This document shows, in pieces, positions 38,936 to 49,998 of a stretch of DNA of 60,000 nt. Every line of letters starts with the position of its first letter. The first letter of the stretch is position 1. The position numbers and the translations under genes were made by a program. The DNA is from Lytechinus pictus (taxonomy: Eukaryota). The notes beneath the pieces are model-generated. The model was not told the origin of the DNA. It saw only the letters and a list, made by a program, of their open reading frames with translations, and ran no database searches. The DNA lies in contig NC_087245.1 in NCBI RefSeq assembly GCF_037042905.1, forward strand, positions 14,262,001 to 14,322,000. Reading direction: 5' to 3'.

Positions 38936-39514
38936 ATGAATATATTGGATATGTCCAACCGTTACGCTTGTTCACGATGCGATAAAACTTTTAGTAGGAA
39001 ATATAACATGCAGAGGCATGAACAAATTGAGCATGATACTGGAGAAGAAACGAGTGAAGATGAAGAATCCGACCCATCCTCTCAAATGCAAAATGTTGAA
39101 GAATCCAACGGTGATTCCGAAACGAGCGTATCAGAAAGCGATGGACACGAATCGTCAATGACAGCAAACATGGAAGAAACTGAAGACAACCTCGCTTATC
39201 GAGGATGGTTAGAGCAAGCCATGACGGCCACCAAGGACTTGAGAGACGAAAAATATCAGAAATACATCTCAGAAGGAATGGAAGAAGAAGACGCTAAAGC
39301 AAAGGCTCACGTGAAACTAATGTGGGCAGTCAAACGCATCTTTTTCGATCTGTACTCTCAGTTCTTGCAGCAGAACGTGTACCTCGAAGACGCTGACATC
39401 AATCGTGAAATCGTGTCCGATCTCACGGAAAGATTAGAGAATGGCATGGAATTCCGGAAAGCCGTACAGAGAGTGTTAGCCAGGCATGGTTCACAATTCG
39501 ATGGTTTATTCTAG
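38936..39514 (+). CDS. C2H2 zinc-finger + acidic linker + helical-domain protein (192 aa), right-arm copy
   Basis: First ATG at 38936 (the ORF track starts at an upstream TTG); candidate AATAAA at 39894. Confidence 0.75.
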   Translation: MNILDMSNRYACSRCDKTFSRKYNMQRHEQIEHDTGEETSEDEESDPSSQMQNVEESNGDSETSVSESDGHESSMTANMEETEDNLAYRGWLEQAMTATKDLRDEKYQKYISEGMEEEDAKAKAHVKLMWAVKRIFFDLYSQFLQQNVYLEDADINREIVSDLTERLENGMEFRKAVQRVLARHGSQFDGLF

Positions 39515-41260
39515 TATCAAGGTGACGATGACGATAATGATGATGGTGGAGAAGAAACGGAGGGTGAAGATGGAACCTACAACTAAAGGCACAAACATCA
39601 GCTTGTCGAATAATCCAAGAAAACGCCGTCAACATAAATGCGGGCATAAATGACAGTTTGAACTTCATTGTGTTCATATTTTCTGAATGCCATCCATAGA
39701 CATGTGTTACAATCCAATAAGTTAAGCGAAGGAAAAGAAAAAAACGAGAACTTCACTTTAATATTAACAATGAACAGTTAATTATTTTGTTGTGACAACG
39801 TAATTTGAGAACATATCTTACATTATTTTTACCTTTGTATCAAAATCTGCTGTTTATACACTAATTGAACCTATCTACATTGAAATGGAATAGAATAAAT
39901 GATAGTAATAATAAAGAATCATCCTTGACTGTATAGTGTTTCATGTTATCACCATCTGTACTGCGGATGAATGAAGTTGATTGAAAGGAGTCGTCTACGG
40001 GTTTCAATATACATGTACATACTTTTGCGGGTCAGAGAGCCGTGCAGGTCATGTGAGTTAAATGAAAAGTATGTACAAAACGGTATGGAAAAGTCAGAGA
40101 GTTTTGATGGGGGAAAGTCTGGAATGAGTAGAGCTTGAGATGTCATGATTATAATCACATGTTGGATTACCAATAATTGTTGTAATAAGAGACAGAGAGA
40201 GCCGGCTTTCACCTTGAATAGGATATCCCAAGTTCAATGACGCGCGTTGGCCGTGCATGGGGCGATCGATTCGTGAACCGCGAGGCACTTGACATATCCG
40301 CTGGTAGGCGGAGAAAGATAACTTTTCACTTTTTAACTGTATAGAAATCATACGTCTATTTTGTGCATCGTATCCTATACGTGACGATTGCGCCACGGTG
40401 GTGCAATACCGGGTAAAGGGTAATTCCCTGGGATGACATCACGGTGCTTACGTAGCAGGTGACGTCATGCGCGGCACTTGACATATCCGCCGGTAGGCGG
40501 AGAAAGACAACTTTTTTCGATAGGAAACTGCATGTATAAATCATACGTCTGTTTTGTGCATCGTATCATATGCCCGTGCAACGTCGCTGCATCGTGCGAT
40601 AAGGTCGACACGCGGAGTCATTATCCAATTAAAATCGCGTCCTGCGCTTCATTATCCAATTAAGATGGCGTCCCCACGCGGAGTCATTATCCAATTAAAA
40701 TCGCGTCCCGCGCTCCATTATCCAATTAAAATCGCTTCCCGCGCTCCATTATCCAATTTCCTGTTTACCGCGTACCCAAAGGTCAAAGGTCATGATTGAC
40801 CGGAAGGTGGGGTCACGGGGTCAACAGTGACCGGAAGTTGGGGTCAAAGGTCATGCGGTCAAAGGTCATGGGTCAAAGGTCAAAGGTTAAGTAGGTCAAA
40901 GGTCAAATTGGTATGAGGTCTAACCCATAACTACTGGGGTCTTTCATTTTACGCCATTTTATCTTAATATTGAGTTATTTTGAACACTGCAGGGGTAGAC
41001 TTGTTAAATCCTGTGTCTTATTAGAAATGATACGACTCCTTTTCTGTCTAAAAATGGGTGGCACTTTTTCCCACTTTATACGATGTACAGTTTATAATAA
41101 AGAGGGATGAGATGAGTTTGATTGAATTGTACTAACAGACATCATTATAGAGAGATGAAATGGATATAAAATCGATCACGTTAATGGCTGCTTTAGTTGG
41201 GCAATTAAGGGCGTTACCAGGTTTTGTGCACCATCTAATACATATTACATAGAGATAATT

Positions 41261-41607
41261 TAATAATAATAATATTCCGCATTTATATAGCGCTTAACAC
41301 ATCGGAACGACGTCTCTAAGCGCGTTACAGATATATTATTACCCCGGTCATCGGATCCTTGCATGCCCGCATACAATGTATGCACCTTCTCCACTCCCTG
41401 GGGAGCATTCCAACAATAGTTCCAAGACTCAATTGCTAGGCATACTAGGCTTTCGCATCCTACCGGGTACCCATTTAACACATGGGTGGAGAGTGGCAAA
41501 TTGTGGATTGACGCCTTGCCGAAGGACGCTAGGCCATGGTGGGATTCGAACACACGACCCTCTGATTACAAGGCGAGAGTCAGAACCGCTACACCACAGC
41601 GCTTCCG
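41261..41607 (-). mobile_element. tRNA-derived SINE, near full length
   Basis: Minus-strand head gcgctgtggtgtagcggttctgactctcgccttgtaatcagagggtcgtgtgttcgaatccc; (TAT)n tail. Confidence 0.82.
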
Positions 41608-41846
41608 CTAATTTCCGATAAGGATTTTTGTTATCGTACAGTGTCTACAAGAATTATTTGTACACTACATACAGCGATTCAAAATGAGAAGATGAACTAT
41701 GTTGGAACCAAAAAATTCATAAGTTGTCCATCATGAAGTATAATGAATTATATATCATATGAAAGAGGGAAGTTTAGCAATTGTTTTGCACCTAGTTGAA
41801 AATTGTGATCGGTCACGCATGAACGATTATGAATTATGAAATGCAA

Positions 41847-42207
41847 TAATGCATATTTTCAGACCTTGCTGTGATTATTGAAGCGTAGCGTGCAACGCTT
41901 CATTGATCATGATTTCTTACTTTTTTATCAGAGAGATAAGATGATATGCTTTCATTTGACATACAATTCTTAATATTTCAGTCGGCTGTACGGATTTCGT
42001 TAACGATTTAAACAAATTGATGTCTGACTGCTGTTGCCTCATTGACTTTTGTCAAAATGACTAAAACAGATCTAAATGATCTTAATTTTATATGAAATGG
42101 AAGCATGTCATCTCATCTCTCAGAAAAAAAGAAAGAAAATAAGTCATGATCATTGAAGCATTACGACTTACGCTTCAATGATAATAAAATATGAAAATAT
42201 GCATTAT
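41847..42207. mobile_element. Internal part of a palindromic MITE
   Basis: ataatgcatattttca...attgaagcgta...gcttca.tgatcatga mirrored at 42140-42207. Confidence 0.55.
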
Positions 42208-42498
42208 CACACTTCAATATAAATAGAGTGTCCCGTTTTTAGGTCTTAATATTTTTTTTCCGCTCGCGCTTTACGCTTGCATTGTTTATCTATATACCTA
42301 TATCCTGTTCATGATCGCAAAAAGTGATTAGAATGTCAATTTTTAGGTCGGAATGTTACAAATTTTCAGCCTTATTCATTGTTGACATATCGTCTTGATG
42401 GCTAACTGCAAATAGCCCTTAACAGGTCCCTTTTCGATCAGGCCAGAATGTATATAGAAATTTCTGCTCGCGCTCACAGTAATTGTATCGTTACATCT

Positions 42499-42906
42499 TA
42501 AGACCACCGCACACCTTACGACTGTTCGCGATCCGATTTTGGAACAAATCGCATTTTGCTCATTTTCTGAAAATGTGAATGGAACATATAATTTTATTTG
42601 AGGTTAAAATTAATTGAAAGAATACTAATATAACCATTTTGAAAAATTGCAAGCCTTTATTTTGGAGTAAAGGCCAAATTAGTTTCAAATCGTAGCCAAT
42701 CGTACGACTGCTATGACGTCATTACGACTAGATATTAATTTCGCTTTTATTCTCAGAAGGATGATAGCATAGTCAAAGGTATTCGTTCGATGATTTAAAA
42801 CATTACACAGTAAGATATTCCAAGTCTCATTATTAGCATCAAATTCTACTACATTTTATTCTGAAATCGGGTCGCAGACCAATCGTAAGGTGTGCGGTCG
42901 CCTTTA
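42499..42906. mobile_element. MITE (Harbinger-like, TAA/TTA flanks)
   Basis: ccgcacaccttacga...gcgatccgattt / aaatcgggtcgc...tcgtaaggtgtgcgg. Confidence 0.7.
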
Positions 42907-43080
42907 TTCTTCTTGTTCAGGATCACAAACATTGCCCAGAATGTTAAATTTTCAGGAAATACATGAAATTTCCAAACATTTTAGCTCGCGCTTTGCGCTC
43001 GCTCAAGGGGGACGCGTCCTCCTACCCAAAATAGTAGGGGGGACCAGGGGCGGAAATATCTCCCAAAAGGTAGGGGGACA

Positions 43081-44943
43081 CAGGGGCGGATCCAGCCTTC
43101 GCCAATAGGGAGGGGGGCGGAAATTTGTTTCAGCCATATTTTCCCCGATCGGCAGCTCGAAGATGATTTGTGTTTGTTTCTTTGAAGGGGTAGTCCTCAT
43201 AAGTCACTTCTTAGCTTTATTCTTATAAATTCATATATAATATCATAATCCTTATTTATAGGATGCGAGCGCGAAGCGCGAGCTAAATTTTTGGAAATTT
43301 TATGTATTTTTTCCTAAAATTTAAACATTCTGGGCAATGTTTGTTATCCTGAAAAAAATGTGTATGCAACTTAATAATTACTACAAACGCAAAGCGCGAG
43401 TAGAAATGAACTGATGGAAAAGATACCTGTTAAAGACTGCGTGCATTTAGCATTTAACAATCAAATAATGCGAGCGCGAAGCGCGAGCTGATTTTTTTTT
43501 TACATTTTCACCTAAATAATGGAAATTCTAAGCACTTTTTATAACTCAAACAGAATAGGTATATAAGTAGACAATTGATGCGAGCGCGAAGCGCAAGCGG
43601 AAAATTTCGAGATTTAGTCCTATAATATTTACTGAACGAGACACTCTATTCATGTTTTGTAAATCATGAAAAGGATGAGTATTAATAATGCGAGCGCAAA
43701 GCGCGAGCAGAAAATTTTTATACACGTTTTGAACTGGTACCTGTTAAGGACTGCTTGCACTTAGCCATGAAGGCGTTACATATATCAATAATCAAAAAAT
43801 GCGAGCGCGAAGCGCGAGCTGAAAATTTTAGAAAATTTCTAAAAGAATAAATATGCGCGCGCGTTTCATATTTAGACCTAGAATCTAGGCATTCTAAATA
43901 CATCTTTAATCATGAAACTTTGATATTCCGATCTGAAAAAAGAGTCAATTACAGCTTTATATTTCAAGCACTTTGTAGGAAAATTGTAAGGTGGATATGG
44001 ATTGCACCTAAAAAAAAGAGCTAAAATTTTCATTATTATTACTTTGAGTTTTAACATAGGACCGGGACATCCTTACGACATGTCATGAAAATGATGACTA
44101 TCTTCCTATTCCTCTTGCTAAGCGCGAGATGAAACAAAAGGGACAATTTAATTATTAAATTAATATCATATTTATTCATGCCTAATGAGGGCGCGAAATC
44201 TGATGATATTATGGCATAAAAACTGAACATTTCACTTTTGTAATTATGAATAGGATGCATCAGTTAATATATTTTTAACCATTAATGCGAGCGCAAATCG
44301 CGAGCTAAATTTTTTTATAAACTGTCATAAGGGGATTTTAATTAGTTTGTTGTATAATCAATATTGAAACATAATTTTATTTACATAACTCGCCGATCAA
44401 AATGCCAGCGTGCAGCGCTAGCTGATCGACACGTCTTGACAATCAGACCTGAAAAGGGATATTTTGAAAACTTTATGGAATACACGAAAATAATAGGTAC
44501 CTGATAAATCAAAATTTGCGAGCACGCAGCGCAAGCAGCAAATGTTAATAAAATAATCAGACCATAAAACCATTTTTACAGAGCACTTTTTAAAAATCAA
44601 TTTGTAAATCACACAAAATAATGAAAGTTCGATTTCCGAGACGAAATATGTTTTGTATATTGACTTCCAAACTTGATATTTGAGCTCCATATTGAACAAG
44701 ATATGTAAATCACCTAACAGGCAATGCGAGCGCGAATCGCGAGCAAAAATTTCGTATAGTGGCACGAAAGGTTCTTTTTATTTTCAAGTCTTCCCCTCAT
44801 CTTATTTTATGCACTCGTCATCCTTCTCTTCTTTTTCTCCTCTCTTTTCCCTCCTTTTTCCTTCTTTCTTTCCCTTTTTCTTTTTTTTGCTCCGCCAATA
44901 GGGGGGGGGGGGGGGCCCTCGGCCTCCCTGGATCCGCCTATGG
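43081..44943. mobile_element. Non-autonomous DNA element (hAT-like ends) with many GCGAGCGCGAAGCGCGAGC motifs
   Basis: caggggcggatccag ... ctggatccgcctatg ends; motif recurs more than 10 times, also at 29170-30330 and 45870-46680. Confidence 0.55.
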
Positions 44944-46810
44944 GGACAAGGGGTGGGAAAATTTGACAAGCAAAAAAAAAGGTTATCATCCCCCAAAGTA
45001 CGGTCATCTCGTCCCAACTCATCCAAAAATACATGTTTTATTTCGATTTAGAATGATGTATTTCTTACCATCATAAAAGACAAAAAATAGTAGGGGGGAC
45101 ATTTGATATTGTGTCCCCCCTACTATTTTGAGTAGGGGGGACACGTCCCCCATGTCCCCCCTGGGATTTCCGCCCATGGGGGGGACACAATATCCCATGT
45201 CCCCCTTACTATTTTTGGTCTTTTATGATGGAGAAAAATACATCACTTCACAATCGAAATAATACATGTATTTTGGACTAGATGATCTTACATTTTGGGT
45301 GAAAACCTTTTATTTTTTTTGGCTTGTCAAATTTTCCAGGCCCTGGTTACCCCTACCTTTGGGGATAGATTTCCGCCCAAGCCTATTAAAGCTGGACCCG
45401 CCCCTGATAATTACAAAAAAAAATGAATATCAGAAAATTTTCAACTCGCACTGAGCGCTTGCTTTTTGATTAGAAAGGTATTAGAATAAAGGTGGTTTTG
45501 CTCGAAGAAAAATTTGACAAGCAAAAATTAAAAAAGGTTTTCATTGCAAAATGAAGGTGATTTTAGTTACATTTCAGCTCTTTAGCATACCTTCCAGATA
45601 TCCATGGGTGCTGCGTATGGCGAACAACACACGAAGCACCACAGCATCCCCGTTTCCCAGGGTCGTGCCCATGTCAGGTTTCGCCAATAGGGGGGGTGGT
45701 GTTCAAAAAAAAATATTTCTATCCACAATTTTCCCGATCAACCGCTAAAAGCCGATTTTTGTTGTTTATTTCTTTGAGGGGATAGTCGAAACTAAAGACA
45801 TATTTTAAATTTCATGTTTGCTCATTCTTACAAACAAAATAAGGTATCTCATAAGACTTAAACAAATAATGCCGAGCGCAAAGCGCGAGATGAATTTTTA
45901 AAATTACGATCTGAAAACTCGATATTCTTCGTGCTTTGTAATAATGAACAGGATTAGGTATTTAAATAAACAATTGATGTGTGCGCGAAGTGCGAGCTGA
46001 AGATTTTTGATAATTCGGTTAGAAAATTTGACATTCTCAGCAATATTCTTTGTAATCATGGACAGGATATGTATCTCACTAAACAATTGATGAGAACGCA
46101 AAGCATGAGGTGAATCTAATCTGAAAACTGGGCATTTATTAAAGCGTTCCTTGTAATCAGTAAAATGATACACTATCTTAGCACGAACCTACAATTTTTT
46201 ATATTCCGATATGCAAACTGAGCATTTTAAAGCATCAAAAATTTTGCGCAAAATTCATATTTGAAATATTAGATTTTTTTCATTAATGTGATTTAAAGTC
46301 TCCTATAATAAGGTTAAATTGTAAAGTGTGTGGGAATTTTCTGTCCTGTGTTTCATTGACGGCAATATGAGTTAGTGCATCATCGTACCCTTAACCTGAA
46401 GTATAGGGCATGCCTATGTTTTTTGTACAAATTATCCTCACTGCCATAAAGATTCCAGGGTATGACACCCCCCCCCCCCACTCGCACACACATTCACGCC
46501 AGTGTATTAAAATGTTTTAATTCGATATTATCAGTTATAACTATATCTAAAGGTCATTGGTGTCATACAATTCATAAAATGGGCGTATTACTCTCATGAA
46601 TCAGCGGATTACAATATTCGCAATAAGCTAAACGTATAGGGATTTGTCATAGCCAAATTGTGTGAGCGCGTAGCGCGAGCAGAATTTTGTTATATTCACA
46701 ATTTTTTAGTAAATAGGAACATGATTCTTATCTCGCTATGAAACAAAATAAGAAAAACTCGAATCTGGAGCAGAATAAGTTTGAACATATCGACTTTAGA
46801 TCTACTATAT

Positions 46811-47406
46811 TTAAAGGACAAGTCCATCCCAACAAAAAGTTGATTTGAAGAAAAAGAGAAAAATCCAACATAACACTGAAAATTTCATCAAAATCGGATG
46901 TAAAATAAGTTATGGCATTTTAAAATTTCGCTTAATTTCACAGAACAGTTATATGAACATCCTGGTCGATATGCAAATGAGGAGACTGCAGACGTCATCC
47001 ACTCACTATTTCTTTTGTATTTTAGTATATGAAATATTCTAATTTTCTCCTCATTGTCAACTGAAACAACGATCAATTCCTCTCTGAACATGTGGAGTTA
47101 ACATTGTTTAATACTATATAGTTCAGTCAAGTTGGTCCTTAATGTCGAATCTGTAAAAAATAAAATATTGTATAATTCAAACAATAAAAAACAAAAGAAA
47201 TAGTGAGTGATGGACATCATCGGCTGTCTTATTTGCATGTCACTGAGTTGTGCATATCACTATTTTTTGAAAAATAAGCGAAACTTTAAAATGTCATAAC
47301 TTTCTTATTTTACATCCGATTTTGATGAAATTTTCAGCGTTATGGTACTTTGATTTTTCTCTATTTATTCAAATCAACAATTATCTGGGGTGGTCTTGAC
47401 CTTTAA
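46811..47406. mobile_element. Palindromic MITE with TTAA ends
   Basis: TTAAaggacaagtccatccca...tggggtggtcttgacctTTAA; internal mirror aaatttcatcaaaatcggatgtaaaataag / cttattttacatccgattttgatgaaattt. Confidence 0.8.
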
Positions 47407-47409
47407 AGA

Positions 47410-47650
47410 CCCGTGTTAATAGGAAGTTTTCGCATTTACCACGGCAAAACTCTACAACGCATTGATTCCTTTGAAAATGCAATTAAAATCACAATGGAGA
47501 GCTGACAGATTCCGATGCGTTTCCGGTTCACCAACTTTCGACAAAAGCCTCTCAGCTCTCCACTGTGATTTGATTTGCATTTTCAAAGGAATTGTAGGTT
47601 TTAAGAGAGTTTCTCCGTAGTAAATGCGAAAAGTTCCGATTATGCCACTC
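47410..47650. mobile_element. Small inverted-repeat element
   Basis: ttttcgcattta..ttcctttgaaaatgcaa..tggagagctga mirrored by tcagctctcca..ttgcattttcaaaggaa..taaatgcgaaaa. Confidence 0.65.
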
Positions 47651-48386
47651 GACAGGCAATGCGCGAAGCAAAATTTGTATTCTTTTTTAATATATATTCA
47701 AATTATCCCCCTCCCTTTATTTTGTTTACTTATATTTCTCTGCTTATCTCTCTTCACCTTCCCTCATAGGAAATTTCTTTTTTTTTGCACCGCTAATAGG
47801 AGGGTGGGTAATGCCTAATGGGCGTGTCTGCTCAGTGCTCATGGATTAATGAGTAACACATTTAAAGACAGAGTGAAATTTAGTCTGCATGTTGATAAAA
47901 CAAAAATACATTAGATTTATTTTAAATAGTAAAACTAAGTTTCTACATTGAACGCGACAAGCCTTTAAAGGATATTTTCTTGAAACAAACTTTGACTTCT
48001 TTAATCGCAATTCAATAAAAAACGCATTTTCTTCAATCAATGTATACTAATTCAAACATAAACTACTTGCTTTCTTTTCTCCCACAGTACGACTGATATT
48101 CCCTCTATAATCTTAGCAGGATATAAAAATACCAAACTACTTACAGTGACTTGAAATTAGCGTTAGAAATATATGAGCCAAGAAATGGCTGTGCTGACCG
48201 TCGATCACCAAAGATGCTGAAGAGTGTGTGTCACTATTATTACCAACAAGCCTCTCTCTCTCTTCTTTCTCACAAGCCCAAGGCACTGCAATCTCAATTA
48301 TTCACATTCATGTTCACTCAGCCTCGCACTCTCATTTACATTACAATAGTCATTACAGCTTCTAGAGAAGGAATGAGAATGTGAAG

Positions 48387-48562
48387 TAATACCTCAGTCA
48401 CATTTGCTCTATGGTGCGGCGGCCGTACGGCGAGTAGAAAACAATAGTTTTATTCATTTTTATTCAAACCATCTATGTGTAGCTATTGCAAAGAAATATG
48501 TTAAAACGGCTGTTTTCGACTCGCCGTAGGGCCGCCTTAAAGCAAATGTGACTGAGGTATTA
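48387..48562. mobile_element. MITE (Harbinger-like)
   Basis: TAATACCTCAGTCACATTTGCT ... AGCAAATGTGACTGAGGTATTA. Confidence 0.75.
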
Positions 48563-48981
48563 TTTACAGGTTGAAAATCATTCAGATCGAAAGAGTAAAA
48601 ATTTGAGTCAACACATTGTATATTCACGAAGACGTGCATAAAACTGTTTTATGACATAATGCTAAACATTAAATGTCACATTTTCGTTATTTTCATCCAA
48701 ATTTTATGAAATATTTAGCATTGTTTTTATCTGATTATACTCCTATCTATTTCATCATAATATTTTCAGCCTGGAGCCCATGCAAATCTCTTTCAAATTT
48801 GTCCTGCATGAATGTAGTCCTATGTTATGAATAAACCAGATAATCAGCTAAAATTATTGTGCACCAAAATGATCCATGTATAAATTAACCATCTTTACGA
48901 TTATGAACGTCGCTTTTTTATATTCTTATGAATTTAAATTTGAGGTCACATGTTCTCATACGTTAGGTCTCGGCCATAGTG

Positions 48982-49998
48982 TTATTCAATGCACTCTCTC
49001 TCAAGATAGGTGTGCTCGATTGTTGAACTACTTGAGACCGATTCTCTCACCGAATATCTTATAGGAGACGAATCGAGTTCATCTGACGTTGTCCAATCAT
49101 CGCTGCTGCTAGCACGGTAACGTAATTTTTCGTCACGGTTGGACGTAAGTTGCCGAAATCCACCGCTTTTCGGTGTCGACGTTTCGCAGATGAGGTAGCC
49201 GAATTCGTCAATGTCACAATGTGAGAATCTCAAATCCTCTGTCGACATTATTGATGTTTTTGAGGACGACAATTCCCTAACCTTGGAAGGAGGAAAGTTA
49301 CAAGACTCATCTGATTGTAACCATCCATTACTCTGTAAAGAACAACAACAACGGTTGGCATTAGATGATTCACTTAATCTGCTTCCACCAAGTCCTGACG
49401 TGCACGACATCACACTGAGAGAATCGTCATCAGATTTCGAGGTAGCACCGCGTGAGACGATAAAATCATCTTTACCATACCTATCGTTAGGTCTTACACG
49501 TCTTGGTGATGAATGTCCAGGACATCCCTCTCCAGATCCATACCTCTTAATTTGACTGTCGTCAGCTGCCGACCAATCATATTGGACCTTCTCAAGTCCA
49601 CATCTCCTACATGTGGCACGAGGTTTAGGGCCAGACACCTCGTGTACATCATAATATGCTCGTGAAACAGGCCTATCAAACCCGAACTTGTCAATTTCTT
49701 CACTTTCATCGAAAGTATACTTGCCTAGGGGATCGGGTACGCAGGCGTACGCGCCATCGTTTCTTGAGGACTCAAATGCAACTTGTTGACTCAGATAAGG
49801 GGTGTATATAACCTCGCTAAAAACTTCATCTTTCAAAGCATGACTGTTCTTTAACATATCATTGGTGCTGTCACTTTCGTCATCTAAAAACGCGTGTCTG
49901 TGAACGTCGGGTGGGGAGGCAGAGAGTAGAGACGCGTGTTTTCTGATGAATCTACGAGGGGGCAATACTGGTGCCGAATCTGTGACAGTGCAGTATAT
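48982..49998 (-). CDS. Last exon: Ser-rich cytoplasmic tail with Tyr motifs
   Basis: cttcag|ATA phase-0 acceptor inside 369-aa ORF; IYCTV, PVLPPR, AYACV, YYDV, GYLI. Confidence 0.8.
   Translation of the reverse strand: MYCTVTDSAPVLPPRRFIRKHASLLSASPPDVHRHAFLDDESDSTNDMLKNSHALKDEVFSEVIYTPYLSQQVAFESSRNDGAYACVPDPLGKYTFDESEEIDKFGFDRPVSRAYYDVHEVSGPKPRATCRRCGLEKVQYDWSAADDSQIKRYGSGEGCPGHSSPRRVRPNDRYGKDDFIVSRGATSKSDDDSLSVMSCTSGLGGSRLSESSNANRCCCSLQSNGWLQSDESCNFPPSKVRELSSSKTSIMSTEDLRFSHCDIDEFGYLICETSTPKSGGFRQLTSNRDEKLRYRASSSDDWTTSDELDSSPIRYSVRESVSSSSTIEHTYLERECIE

Larger units (their letters stand above)
36004..40935. mobile_element. 4,932-bp fully palindromic non-autonomous Polinton/Maverick-like element
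   Basis: Termini AGTAGTTATGGG...CCCATAACTACT; 6-bp TSD GGGGTC at 35998-36003 and 40936-40941; arms 36004-38280 and ~38653-40935 are reverse complements. Confidence 0.8.

Noticed and set aside
36004..40935. Palindrome as a fold-back sequencing or assembly artefact
   Set aside because: Unique, different flanks with an exact 6-bp TSD, a non-mirrored centre, different inner satellite order and two arm differences argue for a real insertion. Raw reads are still needed for proof.
41520..41607. tRNA gene (also at 11640-11720, 16658-16735 and 59649-59705)
   Set aside because: A/B boxes are present, but they continue into SINE-like bodies (shared among three copies, two with simple-repeat tails), and I see no clean cloverleaf.
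49211..49709. ORFs 49211-49555 (+) and 49494-49709 (-)
   Set aside because: Shadows of the CUB-gene last exon.
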